Positions 55,274 to 63,964 of a stretch of 64,000 nucleotides of DNA are shown here, piece by piece. A model generated the notes under the pieces. It saw only the letters and a list, made by a program, of their open reading frames with translations, was not told the DNA's origin and searched no databases. Position 1 is the stretch's first letter. Every line of letters begins with the position of its first letter. Source of the stretch: an uncultured Planctomycetales bacterium (GTDB taxonomy: Bacteria > Omnitrophota > Gorgyraeia > Zapsychrales > CAYRXT01); assembly GCA_964428315.1 (NCBI GenBank), contig CAYRXT010000006.1:8071-72070 (forward strand), written 5' to 3'. Position numbers and translations under genes: made by a program.

Positions 55274-56085
55274 CAGAGCAAGAAAGCATGTTAACCCATC
55301 TCTTGGGCTGCCGGCGCATCGATCTGTATGTAGATGCGCCCGTCTTGAACCGGAATCAGCGCGGCATTCTTGAAATGATGCGAATGCGCCGTTCAAGCGG
55401 CGAGCCCCTGCAGTATATTCTAGGCGAAGCGGAATTTTACGGCTTGCCTTTTTTTGTCGATTCCCGTGTCCTTATACCGCGTCCCGAGACCGAGGTCCTG
55501 GCCGAGTGCGCTATCAACGAGGCTCGTCTGTTTAACGAAGAAGGCCAAGTGAAGATCTTGGATATCGGGACAGGTTGCGGCAACCTGGCCATCTCTTTGG
55601 CCGGCGCCCTCCCCGGCGCAGACTTGACTGCCCTGGACATTTGCCCGGAGGCCCTGAAGGTGGCGAAAGAGAATGCAGCCCGGCACGGGCTTGAAAGCCG
55701 GGTCCGTTTTATTCAGGGCGATCTTTGGCGTGCTTTTGAGGAAAGCGGGTTCGAGGAGTCGTTCGATCTGGTGGTTTCCAATCCGCCCTATATTCCCAGA
55801 AGTCAATGGGCCGATTTGCCCGAGGAAGTTAAGAAGGAACCCCGGGTTGCCCTGGACGGGGGGGGCGATGGAATGGATATTTTTCGGAGGATTATCGCCG
55901 GGCTGGACAAATTTTTAGCAAGGCGGGGACGGTTGATCCTTGAGGTGGGAGATGCACAGGCACGGCCGGTTAAAGAGATGTTAAGGCAGAAAAACGGATC
56001 CTGGGCCGTGAAGATCCTGAACGACCTTACGGGAAGACAGAGAGTCATTATGGCGGGGTGCGCGAATGGACACATTGATTATTGA
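55270..56085 (+). CDS. prmC: Release factor glutamine methyltransferase
   Basis: [31 protein letters not shown] and EP..ALDGG motifs. Confidence 0.96.
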   Translation: MTEQESMLTHLLGCRRIDLYVDAPVLNRNQRGILEMMRMRRSSGEPLQYILGEAEFYGLPFFVDSRVLIPRPETEVLAECAINEARLFNEEGQVKILDIGTGCGNLAISLAGALPGADLTALDICPEALKVAKENAARHGLESRVRFIQGDLWRAFEESGFEESFDLVVSNPPYIPRSQWADLPEEVKKEPRVALDGGGDGMDIFRRIIAGLDKFLARRGRLILEVGDAQARPVKEMLRQKNGSWAVKILNDLTGRQRVIMAGCANGHIDY

Positions 56086-57328
56086 AGGCGGACATAGACT
56101 GTCCGGTATAGTGGAGGCCAGCGGGGCTAAAAACGCGGCCCTGCCGATTATTGCGGCCAGCCTGTTAACCGAAGGCACATGTGTTATCCGAAACGTTCCT
56201 CAACTGCGTGATACCGCGACGATGCTGAAATTGATGCGTTCGTTGGGCAAGAGGGTGGAGGTGAACGGCAATACGGTTACCTTGTCTTCGGACGGGCCCC
56301 TGAAGGATTTTGCCGATTATGAGCTCGTGGCGACGATGCGGGGTTCTTTCTGTGTGCTCGGACCTCTGCTGGCCAAATTGAAAACGGCCCGCGTTTCCCT
56401 GCCGGGCGGTTGCGTTATTGGCGTGAGACCCGTCGATCTTCATCTTAAAGGACTCAAGGCCCTGAAGGCCAAGATTGAGATAGAAAACGGCTACGTCATT
56501 GCCAGGGCTTCCCGTCTGCAGGGCGCGCACATTTATCTGGGCGGGGTATTCGGACCTTCGGTCCTGGCTACGGCCAATGTCTTGATGGCCGCGACTCTAG
56601 CCCGGGGCGAGACGATTATCGAACCCGCCGCCTGCGAACCCGAGATCGAAGATCTTGCGCATTGTCTGGTGGCCATGGGCGCAAAAATCAAAGGCATCGG
56701 TTCACCCAAACTTGTCGTTAAAGGCGTGAAGACTCTTCTGGGGTTTGATTATACAATTATACCAGACAGGATCGAGGCGGGGACCTATATGTTGATGGCG
56801 GCCGCGACGCGCAGCCGCATCACAGTAAAGAACGCCTGGCACAGACATCTTCTTGCAGTCGTGGACAAATTGGAAGAGACCGGAGTGCGCGTTATCCAGG
56901 AAGAGGACGGACTGCGTGTCGAGCCGCGTTCCGTGCCCCGGCCGGCCAGTGTGACGACATTTCCCTACCCGGGTTTTCCGACAGACCTTCAAGCCCAGTT
57001 CATGGCCTATATGGCGCTCACTCCCGGGATCAGCGTGATCACCGATAAAGTGTATCCTGACCGTTTTATCCATATTGCCGAAATCAACAGGATGGGAGCG
57101 GATGTCCGCCGGGAAGGGATGAGCGCGATTATTAAAGGTGTCAAGGTTTTACACGGTGCACGGGTCATGGCCTCGGACTTAAGGGCGTCGGCAGCTTTGA
57201 TTGTCTCGGGACTCGCGGCACAGGGAAAGACCGAGATACAGCGTATTTATCACCTTGACCGGGGCTACGAAGCCCTGGATCAAAAACTCGCCGGGCTGGG
57301 GGCCAGGATCTCCAGAGAAGAGGAATAA
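56066..57328 (+). CDS. murA: UDP-N-acetylglucosamine 1-carboxyvinyltransferase
   Basis: SGAKNAALP, PGGCVIG.RPVD, DRIEAGT, YPGFPTDLQ, DLRA and HLDRGYE motifs. Confidence 0.98.
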   Translation: MDTLIIEGGHRLSGIVEASGAKNAALPIIAASLLTEGTCVIRNVPQLRDTATMLKLMRSLGKRVEVNGNTVTLSSDGPLKDFADYELVATMRGSFCVLGPLLAKLKTARVSLPGGCVIGVRPVDLHLKGLKALKAKIEIENGYVIARASRLQGAHIYLGGVFGPSVLATANVLMAATLARGETIIEPAACEPEIEDLAHCLVAMGAKIKGIGSPKLVVKGVKTLLGFDYTIIPDRIEAGTYMLMAAATRSRITVKNAWHRHLLAVVDKLEETGVRVIQEEDGLRVEPRSVPRPASVTTFPYPGFPTDLQAQFMAYMALTPGISVITDKVYPDRFIHIAEINRMGADVRREGMSAIIKGVKVLHGARVMASDLRASAALIVSGLAAQGKTEIQRIYHLDRGYEALDQKLAGLGARISREEE

Positions 57329-57335
57329 CAAAACA

Positions 57336-57902
57336 ATGATACTGGTTATCGACAACTACGACTCCTTCACGTACAATCTGGTTCAGTATTTGGGGGAATT
57401 GGGGCAGAAAATGGTCATCTACCGTAATGATCAGATTACCCTTTCGCAGATCGATGAAATCAAGCCCTCGAAGATTGTCATATCACCTGGCCCAGGCCGT
57501 CCGGAGGACGCCGGCATCTCGGTTGATCTCATCCGTTCTTTTGCCGGGAAAGTCCCAATCCTGGGAGTTTGTCTGGGGCATCAATGCATGGGCTACGCCT
57601 ACGGCGGCAAGATTGTCAGGGCCAAGTACTTGATGCACGGCAAGACATCGCGGATATTCCATCGAGGGGATTCCCTTTTTGAAAAGATCGAAAATCCCTT
57701 TGAGGCGACGCGCTATCATTCTCTGGTGATTGAACCGAGCAGTCTGCCGGCCTGTTTTGCTGTTACGGCCTGGACGAAAGACAAGGAGATCATGGGCATA
57801 CAGCACAAGTCTTTGGCATTATGGGGCGTGCAATTCCATCCTGAGTCGATCCTTACGGCATCGGGCAAAGATATCCTGAAAAATTTTCTTCAGCTGAAAT
57901 GA
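57336..57902 (+). CDS. trpG: Anthranilate/aminodeoxychorismate synthase glutamine amidotransferase component
   Basis: IDNYDSFTYNL, SPGPG, GVCLGHQ, RYHSL and QFHPES motifs; coupled to trpD. Confidence 0.92.
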   Translation: MILVIDNYDSFTYNLVQYLGELGQKMVIYRNDQITLSQIDEIKPSKIVISPGPGRPEDAGISVDLIRSFAGKVPILGVCLGHQCMGYAYGGKIVRAKYLMHGKTSRIFHRGDSLFEKIENPFEATRYHSLVIEPSSLPACFAVTAWTKDKEIMGIQHKSLALWGVQFHPESILTASGKDILKNFLQLK

Positions 57903-58909
57903 AGACGATCATAGCGAAATTGCATGAAGGAAGAGATCTCCTGGGCGAAGAGATGCACTCCGTCATGCGGTCGATCATGTCAGGCAATGCCCGGGCCAAA
58001 GATGTCGAGTCTTTTCTTTTGGCTTTAAGGGCGAAAGGACCGACTGTACAGGAGATTACGGCGGCGGCCCAGATCATGCGGCAGTTCGTCATCCGGGTCG
58101 AGACCGTACAGGACCCCGTTATGGACACCTGCGGGACGGGCGGAGACAAATCAGGGACCTTCAACATATCAACAGCCGTGGCCTTGGTTGTGGCCGGTAG
58201 CGGGGTCGCGGTGGCAAAGCACGGGAACCGATCTGTCTCCAGCCGCTGCGGAAGCGCGGACGTGCTGGAGGCCCTGGGTGTCAATATCGACCTGGACGCA
58301 GAACATTTAGGGCGGTGCCTGGATAAAGTAGGGATTGCCTTTTTATTTGCGCAGAAACTGCATCCGGCCATGAAGCATGTCGCGCCGATACGCAAGAAAC
58401 TCGGCGTAGAGACGATTTTTAACATTCTCGGACCGTTGACCAATCCCGCGTCGGCAACGCACCAGATGATGGGCGTCTATGACGTGAAGTGGATCCGGCC
58501 CCTTGCCGACGTCCTGAGGAATCTTGGATCCAAGCGGGCGGTTGTGGTCCACGGCCTGGATGGCCTTGATGAGATTACGACGACCGCCGTGACACAGGTC
58601 AGCGAATTCGACGGGTCGCGCGTCATTGACTATGAGATCGAGCCGGAGCATTTCGGTTTGAGGCGGGTATCTATCGAGGATATCAAAGGGGGCACGCCGG
58701 AAGAAAATGCAGCGATGGTGGAAGACCTGCTTAAGGGCGCGACCGGCTCCCGGCGGGACATCGTGGTCCTCAATGCCGCTTACGCCTTATACGCCGCAGA
58801 GAATGTCGACTCGCCCGAAGAAGGGGTAGAAAAAGTGAGCCGGGCGATCGATGGAGGATCGGCCGCACGGAAACTCGACGAGCTGAAACGGTTTACCCAT
58901 GACGGATAA
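57899..58909 (+). CDS. trpD: Anthranilate phosphoribosyltransferase
   Basis: DTCGTGGD..TFNIST, KHGNR.VSS..GSAD, FNILGPL.NP and GLDE motifs. Confidence 0.97.
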   Translation: MKTIIAKLHEGRDLLGEEMHSVMRSIMSGNARAKDVESFLLALRAKGPTVQEITAAAQIMRQFVIRVETVQDPVMDTCGTGGDKSGTFNISTAVALVVAGSGVAVAKHGNRSVSSRCGSADVLEALGVNIDLDAEHLGRCLDKVGIAFLFAQKLHPAMKHVAPIRKKLGVETIFNILGPLTNPASATHQMMGVYDVKWIRPLADVLRNLGSKRAVVVHGLDGLDEITTTAVTQVSEFDGSRVIDYEIEPEHFGLRRVSIEDIKGGTPEENAAMVEDLLKGATGSRRDIVVLNAAYALYAAENVDSPEEGVEKVSRAIDGGSAARKLDELKRFTHDG

Positions 58910-59696
58910 TAATTTTCTGGACCAAATCATCGAGCACAAGAAAGATTCCCTGGAACGCAAGTCGGCGTTTTACGCTTCTCTCAAAAAAAAGACACGGGGA
59001 CAAAAACTGACCCGGTATCACATTTTTAAGCAAAGCATATCGAGACCCGGGGGGATCAATTTGATCGCCGAGTTTAAAAAAGCCTCACCCTCCCGGGGGC
59101 TGATCCGGGCGAGTTGCGATGTCCTCTCTGTGGCCAGGGTTTATGTGAACAACGGCGCGGCGGCGGTCTCTGTCCTTACCGAGGAGAAATACTTTGCGGG
59201 CAAGATCAGTTATCTGCGGCAGGTCAGCGAGCATTTTGATGTCCCGGCCTTGATGAAGGATTTTATAATAGACGAGGTCCAGATCTATGAGGGTTTTGTC
59301 AACGGTGCCAGCGGAATCCTTTTAATCGTCGCCCTGCTGGATGACGCCCGGCTGGAGCAGCTTTTGGAGGCGGCCCGGAATCTTGATATGGATTGTCTCG
59401 TCGAGGTCCACAATGAAGAAGAGCTTGAACGCGCCCTTAGATCGCAGGCGGAGATTATCGGGATCAACAACCGGGACCTGCGTTCGTTCAAAGTGGACCT
59501 GGACGTTTCCCGGCGGTTGATCCCTCTGATACCGAAGGACAAGGTGATCGTGGTGGAAAGCGGCATCAGGACGCACGATGACATTAAGCGTTTTGAAGCG
59601 GCGGGCGCTCATGCGGTCCTTGTCGGTGAATCCTTTATGGATGCGCCTGACATCGATGCAAAAATGAAGGAAATGATGCGGGGTCATGCTTCATGA
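58899..59696 (+). CDS. trpC: Indole-3-glycerol phosphate synthase
   Basis: IAEFKKASPSRG, SVLTE, KDFI, LVEVH, GINNRDL, ESGI and LVGE motifs. Confidence 0.97.
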   Translation: MTDNNFLDQIIEHKKDSLERKSAFYASLKKKTRGQKLTRYHIFKQSISRPGGINLIAEFKKASPSRGLIRASCDVLSVARVYVNNGAAAVSVLTEEKYFAGKISYLRQVSEHFDVPALMKDFIIDEVQIYEGFVNGASGILLIVALLDDARLEQLLEAARNLDMDCLVEVHNEEELERALRSQAEIIGINNRDLRSFKVDLDVSRRLIPLIPKDKVIVVESGIRTHDDIKRFEAAGAHAVLVGESFMDAPDIDAKMKEMMRGHAS

Positions 59697-60334
59697 TAAG
59701 AATCAAGATATGCGGGATAACCAAGAGTTCCGATGCCTTTGAAGCGGTGCGTCTGGGGGCCTGGGCGCTGGGATTCAATTTTTATCGCAAGAGCCCGCGG
59801 TACATTAACCCCTTGGAGGCAAAGAAGATCATTGTCCGGCTTCCGCCTTTCGTTACACCGGTTGGGCTTTTTGTCAACACTCCGGCGGAAATTATCCGCC
59901 GCCGGGCCGCCTTTTGCGGCATTAACACGGTTCAACTCCACGGGGATGAGCCGGCGTCGCAGTGCCGATCGCTTAAACCGTTGAAAGTGATCAAGGCATT
60001 CCGCTTGCGTAAGGGATTCGATTTCGCTTCGCTGGAACGTTACGATGTCTCGGCCTTTCTTTTTGACACACTTAATACCGGAGGCCTTTACGGCGGCAGT
60101 GGAGAAGTCTTTGACTGGAACATTCTGAAAAGGGCCGGGAGCGTCGGACGACCGGTCATTCTGGCCGGGGGGATCCACAGCGGGAACCTTCGGCAGGCCT
60201 ATGAGTTACTGAGGCCCTATGCCGTCGATGTCTGCAGCGGAATCGAAACAAGGCCAGGTAAAAAGGACCCGAAACGCATGAACACGCTGTTTCGTATAGC
60301 CAGGGAGGCCGGGATTGGGAAGAGTCATCTTTGA
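59693..60334 (+). CDS. trpF: Phosphoribosylanthranilate isomerase
   Basis: IKICGIT, SPR, VQLHGDE, GGSG..FDW, LAGGI and DV.SGIE..PG.KD motifs. Confidence 0.96.
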   Translation: MIRIKICGITKSSDAFEAVRLGAWALGFNFYRKSPRYINPLEAKKIIVRLPPFVTPVGLFVNTPAEIIRRRAAFCGINTVQLHGDEPASQCRSLKPLKVIKAFRLRKGFDFASLERYDVSAFLFDTLNTGGLYGGSGEVFDWNILKRAGSVGRPVILAGGIHSGNLRQAYELLRPYAVDVCSGIETRPGKKDPKRMNTLFRIAREAGIGKSHL

Positions 60335-60986
60335 TATCGAGACAGTAGGTCAGGATTTCGAACTGCTGGATGACGCCTCCAAGGAGTATTTTTTGAAATT
60401 TGCCGATACACCCGAAAAGGCGGAGGAGGCCAAGAACAGCCTGAGCTTTTATCCCTTGACCGCGCAGGTGGTCGCCATAGGCATGCTCGAAGTGGAATCC
60501 TCCCGCGGGGCGGTCTATTTTCAGAATAATAACGGTTCTCCGGAGAAATTCACGGAAGACGGGATAGTTTATATGTCAGGGTCAGAAAAAGATATATTGA
60601 GTCAGTTTTGGAAAAAACTCGCCCAGTTCGACAAATTTATCACCTTCAATGGACGACTATTCGATTGTCCCTTTGTCATGATTCGTTCGGCCGTCAACGG
60701 TATCCGTTCCAGCCGGAATATCATGCCCTATCGTTACTCTCACGATCAGCATGTGGATCTCGCCGATCAGTTGTCTTTTTACGACGCCATGCGCCGTAAA
60801 TTCAGCCTGCATATGTGGTGCCGGGCCTTCGGGATCGCCAGCCCAAAAGAGGAGGGAATGACGGGGCTCCAGGTCAAGGATTACTACCACAATGGACGTT
60901 ATCAGGACATCGCCCGGTATTGTTTTCGCGATATCCGTTCCACGAAAGAGCTTTTCTTGTATTGGGACAAATACCTGCGGTTTTAG
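60315..60986 (+). CDS. Stand-alone PolB-like 3'-5' exonuclease (DEDDy, RNase H-like fold)
   Basis: ExoI FDIET, ExoII TFNG..FD, ExoIII YC..D; TTG start after GGAGG. Confidence 0.85.
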   Translation: MGRVIFDIETVGQDFELLDDASKEYFLKFADTPEKAEEAKNSLSFYPLTAQVVAIGMLEVESSRGAVYFQNNNGSPEKFTEDGIVYMSGSEKDILSQFWKKLAQFDKFITFNGRLFDCPFVMIRSAVNGIRSSRNIMPYRYSHDQHVDLADQLSFYDAMRRKFSLHMWCRAFGIASPKEEGMTGLQVKDYYHNGRYQDIARYCFRDIRSTKELFLYWDKYLRF

Positions 60987-61058
60987 ATTGTTGGACAATC
61001 GTAAGTATTTTAATGTCAAATGGTTTTATTCGATTAGAAAAAATATGCGGTTCCTTGG

Positions 61059-61087
61059 TTGTCCTTCATGTAGGAATATGTTATAGT
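61059..61087 (+). promoter_or_regulatory. Sigma70-type promoter driving the GEMM RNA
   Basis: TTGTCC (61059-61064), 17-bp spacer, TG-T-TATAGT (-10 at 61082-61087); predicted +1 near 61094. Confidence 0.65.
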
Positions 61088-61093
61088 TGTACT

Positions 61094-61248
61094 AGCCGAT
61101 AAAGGTAAACCCGGAGAAATCCGGGGACACAAAACCACAGGCCTACGTTACTTGTAGCCGGGAAGGTCCGAGGCAACAGAGGGCGGACAATTCGTTACCG
61201 AATAGGTATGGCGAATAGTGATAAGGTGGCTGGGTTGCCGAAGAGCTG
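61094..61248 (+). ncRNA. c-di-GMP-I (GEMM) riboswitch aptamer with an enlarged P2
   Basis: GGTAAAC-CCGGA-GAAA-TCCGG-GGACACAAAACC...GGCCTA...AGGTGGCTGGGTTGCCGA matches the GEMM consensus (GGCAAACC..GAAA..GGACGCAAAGCC..GGGTTGCCG), with a covarying U-A pair replacing C-G. Confidence 0.85.
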
Positions 61249-61312
61249 TCGGGGGCTAACATCCCCATCTTTATCGGCTCTTTTTTTTGCCCTGAAGAAG
61301 GGCTTTTTTTTT
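61241..61312 (+). terminator. Two tandem intrinsic terminators downstream of the aptamer
   Basis: T1: AAGAGCTG..GGGG/CCCC..CGGCTCTT running into T8. T2: GCCCT-GAAGA-AGGGC followed by T9. Confidence 0.7.
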
Positions 61313-61549
61313 GTGATGCCTCCCTGAAGGCACGTTCAAAGGACCAGATCCCGTTTGCCTTGCGCGCAGGTTTTACCCCGCCAACATAAAGCCACATCCG
61401 TAAGGGTTTGGATGGATGGCTTTCTGCCGGCGTCTGTGGCACACGCAGGGGTGGGCCGGTTTCCGCACCCGTCCGGACTCCGCGGAACGGAGAAGAACAA
61501 GAAACCACGTCCGTCAGGGCGTGGATCTTCACTTTTGGTCAAAAAAAAA

Positions 61550-61578
61550 TTCATTTCCCTCCTAAAATGGGTTATAAT
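61550..61578 (+). promoter_or_regulatory. Possible separate promoter for the Zn-ribbon/M20 genes
   Basis: A9 tract (UP-like), TTCATT, 17-bp spacer, perfect TATAAT (61573-61578). Confidence 0.55.
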
Positions 61579-61621
61579 ACACACTTCCAACCGCTGGGAA
61601 ACCCGCAGATAAGGAAGATGT

Positions 61622-61924
61622 ATGTCGGATACTCTGGTACGCATATTTTCGAGTGTGGACCTTCAGGAAGTGAAGGAGCATCTTCTTGTTTACGGCACCC
61701 TGGCGGCCAGCTGTGCACAATGCAACGAGATGGGCCTGAAGCTTGACATGGATAAGTGTCCCAAATGCCAGACCGAATTCCGGTATATCACGTTCCGCAA
61801 TCATAAAGAACATATGCCCAAAATACTGAAGCTATACACCGCCCGCCCGGGCATCAAGATTATCGACTACGAGGACTACAAGAAGCTAACCGGAAAACGT
61901 AAGGCCGAGGAGTTGTTCGAATGA
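61622..61924 (+). CDS. Hypothetical Zn-ribbon protein
   Basis: CAQC...CPKC; SD AAGGAAG; ATGA overlap with the M20 gene. Confidence 0.75.
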   Translation: MSDTLVRIFSSVDLQEVKEHLLVYGTLAASCAQCNEMGLKLDMDKCPKCQTEFRYITFRNHKEHMPKILKLYTARPGIKIIDYEDYKKLTGKRKAEELFE

Positions 61925-63063
61925 TCAGGGAAAAACGGCTGGTCAAAACGCTTCGGGACCTCATCCGGATCAATTCGGAAAATCCACCGGGCCGGGAGAA
62001 AAAGATTGCCGATTTTCTAGGAAAAGAATTTGCCGCTTTAGGACTGGGCGTCCGCGCCTACTCATTCGCAAAAAACAGGCCCAATATTGTCGCCACGTTC
62101 AGGGGCAAAGGCAAAAGACAGACCGCCTCTGCGGAGGCGCTTTTGTTGACGCCCCATTATGATACGGTGCCTGCCGGCAAGGGGTGGAGCGTCGATCCCT
62201 TCGGCGGCCGCATAATGAACGGCAAGATTTTTGGACGGGGGGCCACTGACGATAAATGCAATGTCGCGGCTTCCCTGGAGGTTGTCCGCTCGTTGGTGGA
62301 GGACGGTTTTCGCCCCGACAAGGATCTTATCGTCGCAGCAACCTCAGACGAGGAGACGGGCAGCCGATTCGGCATCATCCCGCTTCTGGAGAAAAAGATG
62401 GTCCGGCCGAAATGGGCTCTGATCCTTGACGCCAACGAGTGTGACGCCATCATCGCGCAGAAGGGATTGATTCACGGCCGGATCCGGATTTTCGGGAAGA
62501 AGGCGCACGGTGCCTACAACTGGCGGGGGGTTAACGCCATCGAGGCCGCCGCCCGGATCATCGCGAAGTTGAAAAGGCACCGCTTCCCGCACCGCAAACA
62601 CCGGCTTCTGCACGCGCCGACAATGAACATCGGCGTCATCCACGGCGGTGACAAGACGAATATCGTGGCCGATTTCTGCGAGTTCCATTTCGATACCCGT
62701 TACCTGCCCGGGACAGATCCCCGGGATGTCCTGAAAGACATCAAAAGGATTGTCCGCCGGGAGATTCGGACGTTTGAGATTGAGACCGACGATATCCAGT
62801 ATCCGTATGAAATACGCAGGGACCATCCTCTGGTCCGTTTGTATACGAAGAGTGCCAAGACCGAAGGGCAGAAGGCCCTTTTGAAGGGCAGTGAGGGCGC
62901 CACGGTCATAAGCTTTTTCAAGAAGATGAACATACCGGCCATCGCGACGGGATACGGGACGCATAATACAGCGCACATTACCGACGAGTTCGCGAAGGTT
63001 GATATCCTGGTAAAAGGCGCGCGGGTGCTGGAAGCCTTCGTGAAGGGCTATAACGGTTTATGA
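61921..63063 (+). CDS. M20 family metallohydrolase (ArgE/DapE-like)
   Basis: HYDTVP, GRGATDDK, SDEE, GKKAHG, GGDKTN and AH..DE motifs. Confidence 0.92.
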   Translation: MIREKRLVKTLRDLIRINSENPPGREKKIADFLGKEFAALGLGVRAYSFAKNRPNIVATFRGKGKRQTASAEALLLTPHYDTVPAGKGWSVDPFGGRIMNGKIFGRGATDDKCNVAASLEVVRSLVEDGFRPDKDLIVAATSDEETGSRFGIIPLLEKKMVRPKWALILDANECDAIIAQKGLIHGRIRIFGKKAHGAYNWRGVNAIEAAARIIAKLKRHRFPHRKHRLLHAPTMNIGVIHGGDKTNIVADFCEFHFDTRYLPGTDPRDVLKDIKRIVRREIRTFEIETDDIQYPYEIRRDHPLVRLYTKSAKTEGQKALLKGSEGATVISFFKKMNIPAIATGYGTHNTAHITDEFAKVDILVKGARVLEAFVKGYNGL

Positions 63064-63181
63064 GACCGATGGGACATGGCATCATTTCGGCTACCGCTTT
63101 CTCGTTTTTACTGACCCGTTTTGATGTCCCGCTCAAGCTTTTTTTTAAGAACGTATTCATGCGGGGCTATTTGCACAAGCG

Positions 63182-63964
63182 ATGAAAAAACTCCTTCTTT
63201 CCATTTTCGTTGGGTGTGTTCTCCTGGCCGGCGGCGCGGTACTGTTGTTGGGCATGAAAGGGAAGAAGGGGTATGACGTCCCGGCGGCGGGAGGGGTGGT
63301 CTCCCCTGGAACACAATTCGACTTCCCCAGGGAAACCGTAGTCTATGACATCAAATCCCTTCTCGGGTTGAAGGTCGGCGAGGCGCGGTTAAGCTTTGAG
63401 GGGGCGACAACGCTCGAGGACAGGCACGTGATCCTGGTCACCTTTGTATCACGTGCTGTCAATGTCTACGACGAGGAAAAGATTTATGCCGATCCCGAGA
63501 CCCTCTATCCGGTCCGTGTCGAGCGCGATCTGGACATCTGGGGCAAGAAGGAAAAGATCACGGAATACTATGACCAGGACAAAGGAACGGTGCGCATCGT
63601 TAAGCGCGCCGGGGAAAGGGCGGAAGAACAGGTCCTGGAAGGCCGGGCGCCGGTGGACAACATCTACTGCTTTATCTACCGCTACAGAAAAGAAGGCGCA
63701 TTCACTGTCGGCGAATCGTTTAGGATGAATCTGCCGACCAAGGAAGTGACCGTCGAACTTAAGAAAGAAACATTGCTGGCGGCCGCAGGCAAGGAATGGG
63801 AATCGTATTACATGGAGACTGTACCGAGCGAGTACCGTCTCTGGTTCGCCAGGGGCGAGAAAAAGATTCCCCTGCGCATCGACGGGTCATCGGGGCTGAA
63901 AAAGGTCTCCATGGTGATGCAGGAGTATCAAACGCCCCCGGAAGAGAAAGACGGAACACAGTGA
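63182..63964 (+). CDS. DUF3108-like exported beta-rich protein
   Basis: N-terminal signal/anchor; E.VVYDI..LGLKVGEA.L and LWF....IPLRI segments. Confidence 0.6.
   Translation: MKKLLLSIFVGCVLLAGGAVLLLGMKGKKGYDVPAAGGVVSPGTQFDFPRETVVYDIKSLLGLKVGEARLSFEGATTLEDRHVILVTFVSRAVNVYDEEKIYADPETLYPVRVERDLDIWGKKEKITEYYDQDKGTVRIVKRAGERAEEQVLEGRAPVDNIYCFIYRYRKEGAFTVGESFRMNLPTKEVTVELKKETLLAAAGKEWESYYMETVPSEYRLWFARGEKKIPLRIDGSSGLKKVSMVMQEYQTPPEEKDGTQ

Noticed and set aside
56396-56436. MurA active-site loop as a possible fosfomycin-resistance variant
   Set aside because: Cys is retained (PGGCVIG), so this is the ordinary type.
61094-61279. 6S RNA or c-AMP-GMP riboswitch as alternative identities
   Set aside because: The length and closing stem recall 6S, but the interior is a multi-hairpin GEMM fold, not a rod with a central bubble. 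The position-20 equivalent is G, not A. An Infernal search would settle it.
61143-61746. Small ORFs 61143-61532 (-), 61336-61644 (-), 61355-61612 (+) and 61408-61746 (+)
   Set aside because: No convincing SD or motifs; they overlap the structured RNA, promoter or Zn-ribbon gene.
63064-63181. GGGACAT...ATGTCCC inverted repeat with a T-run after the M20 gene
   Set aside because: The loop of about 46 nt and the gap before the T-run are too long for a confident terminator or attenuator call.
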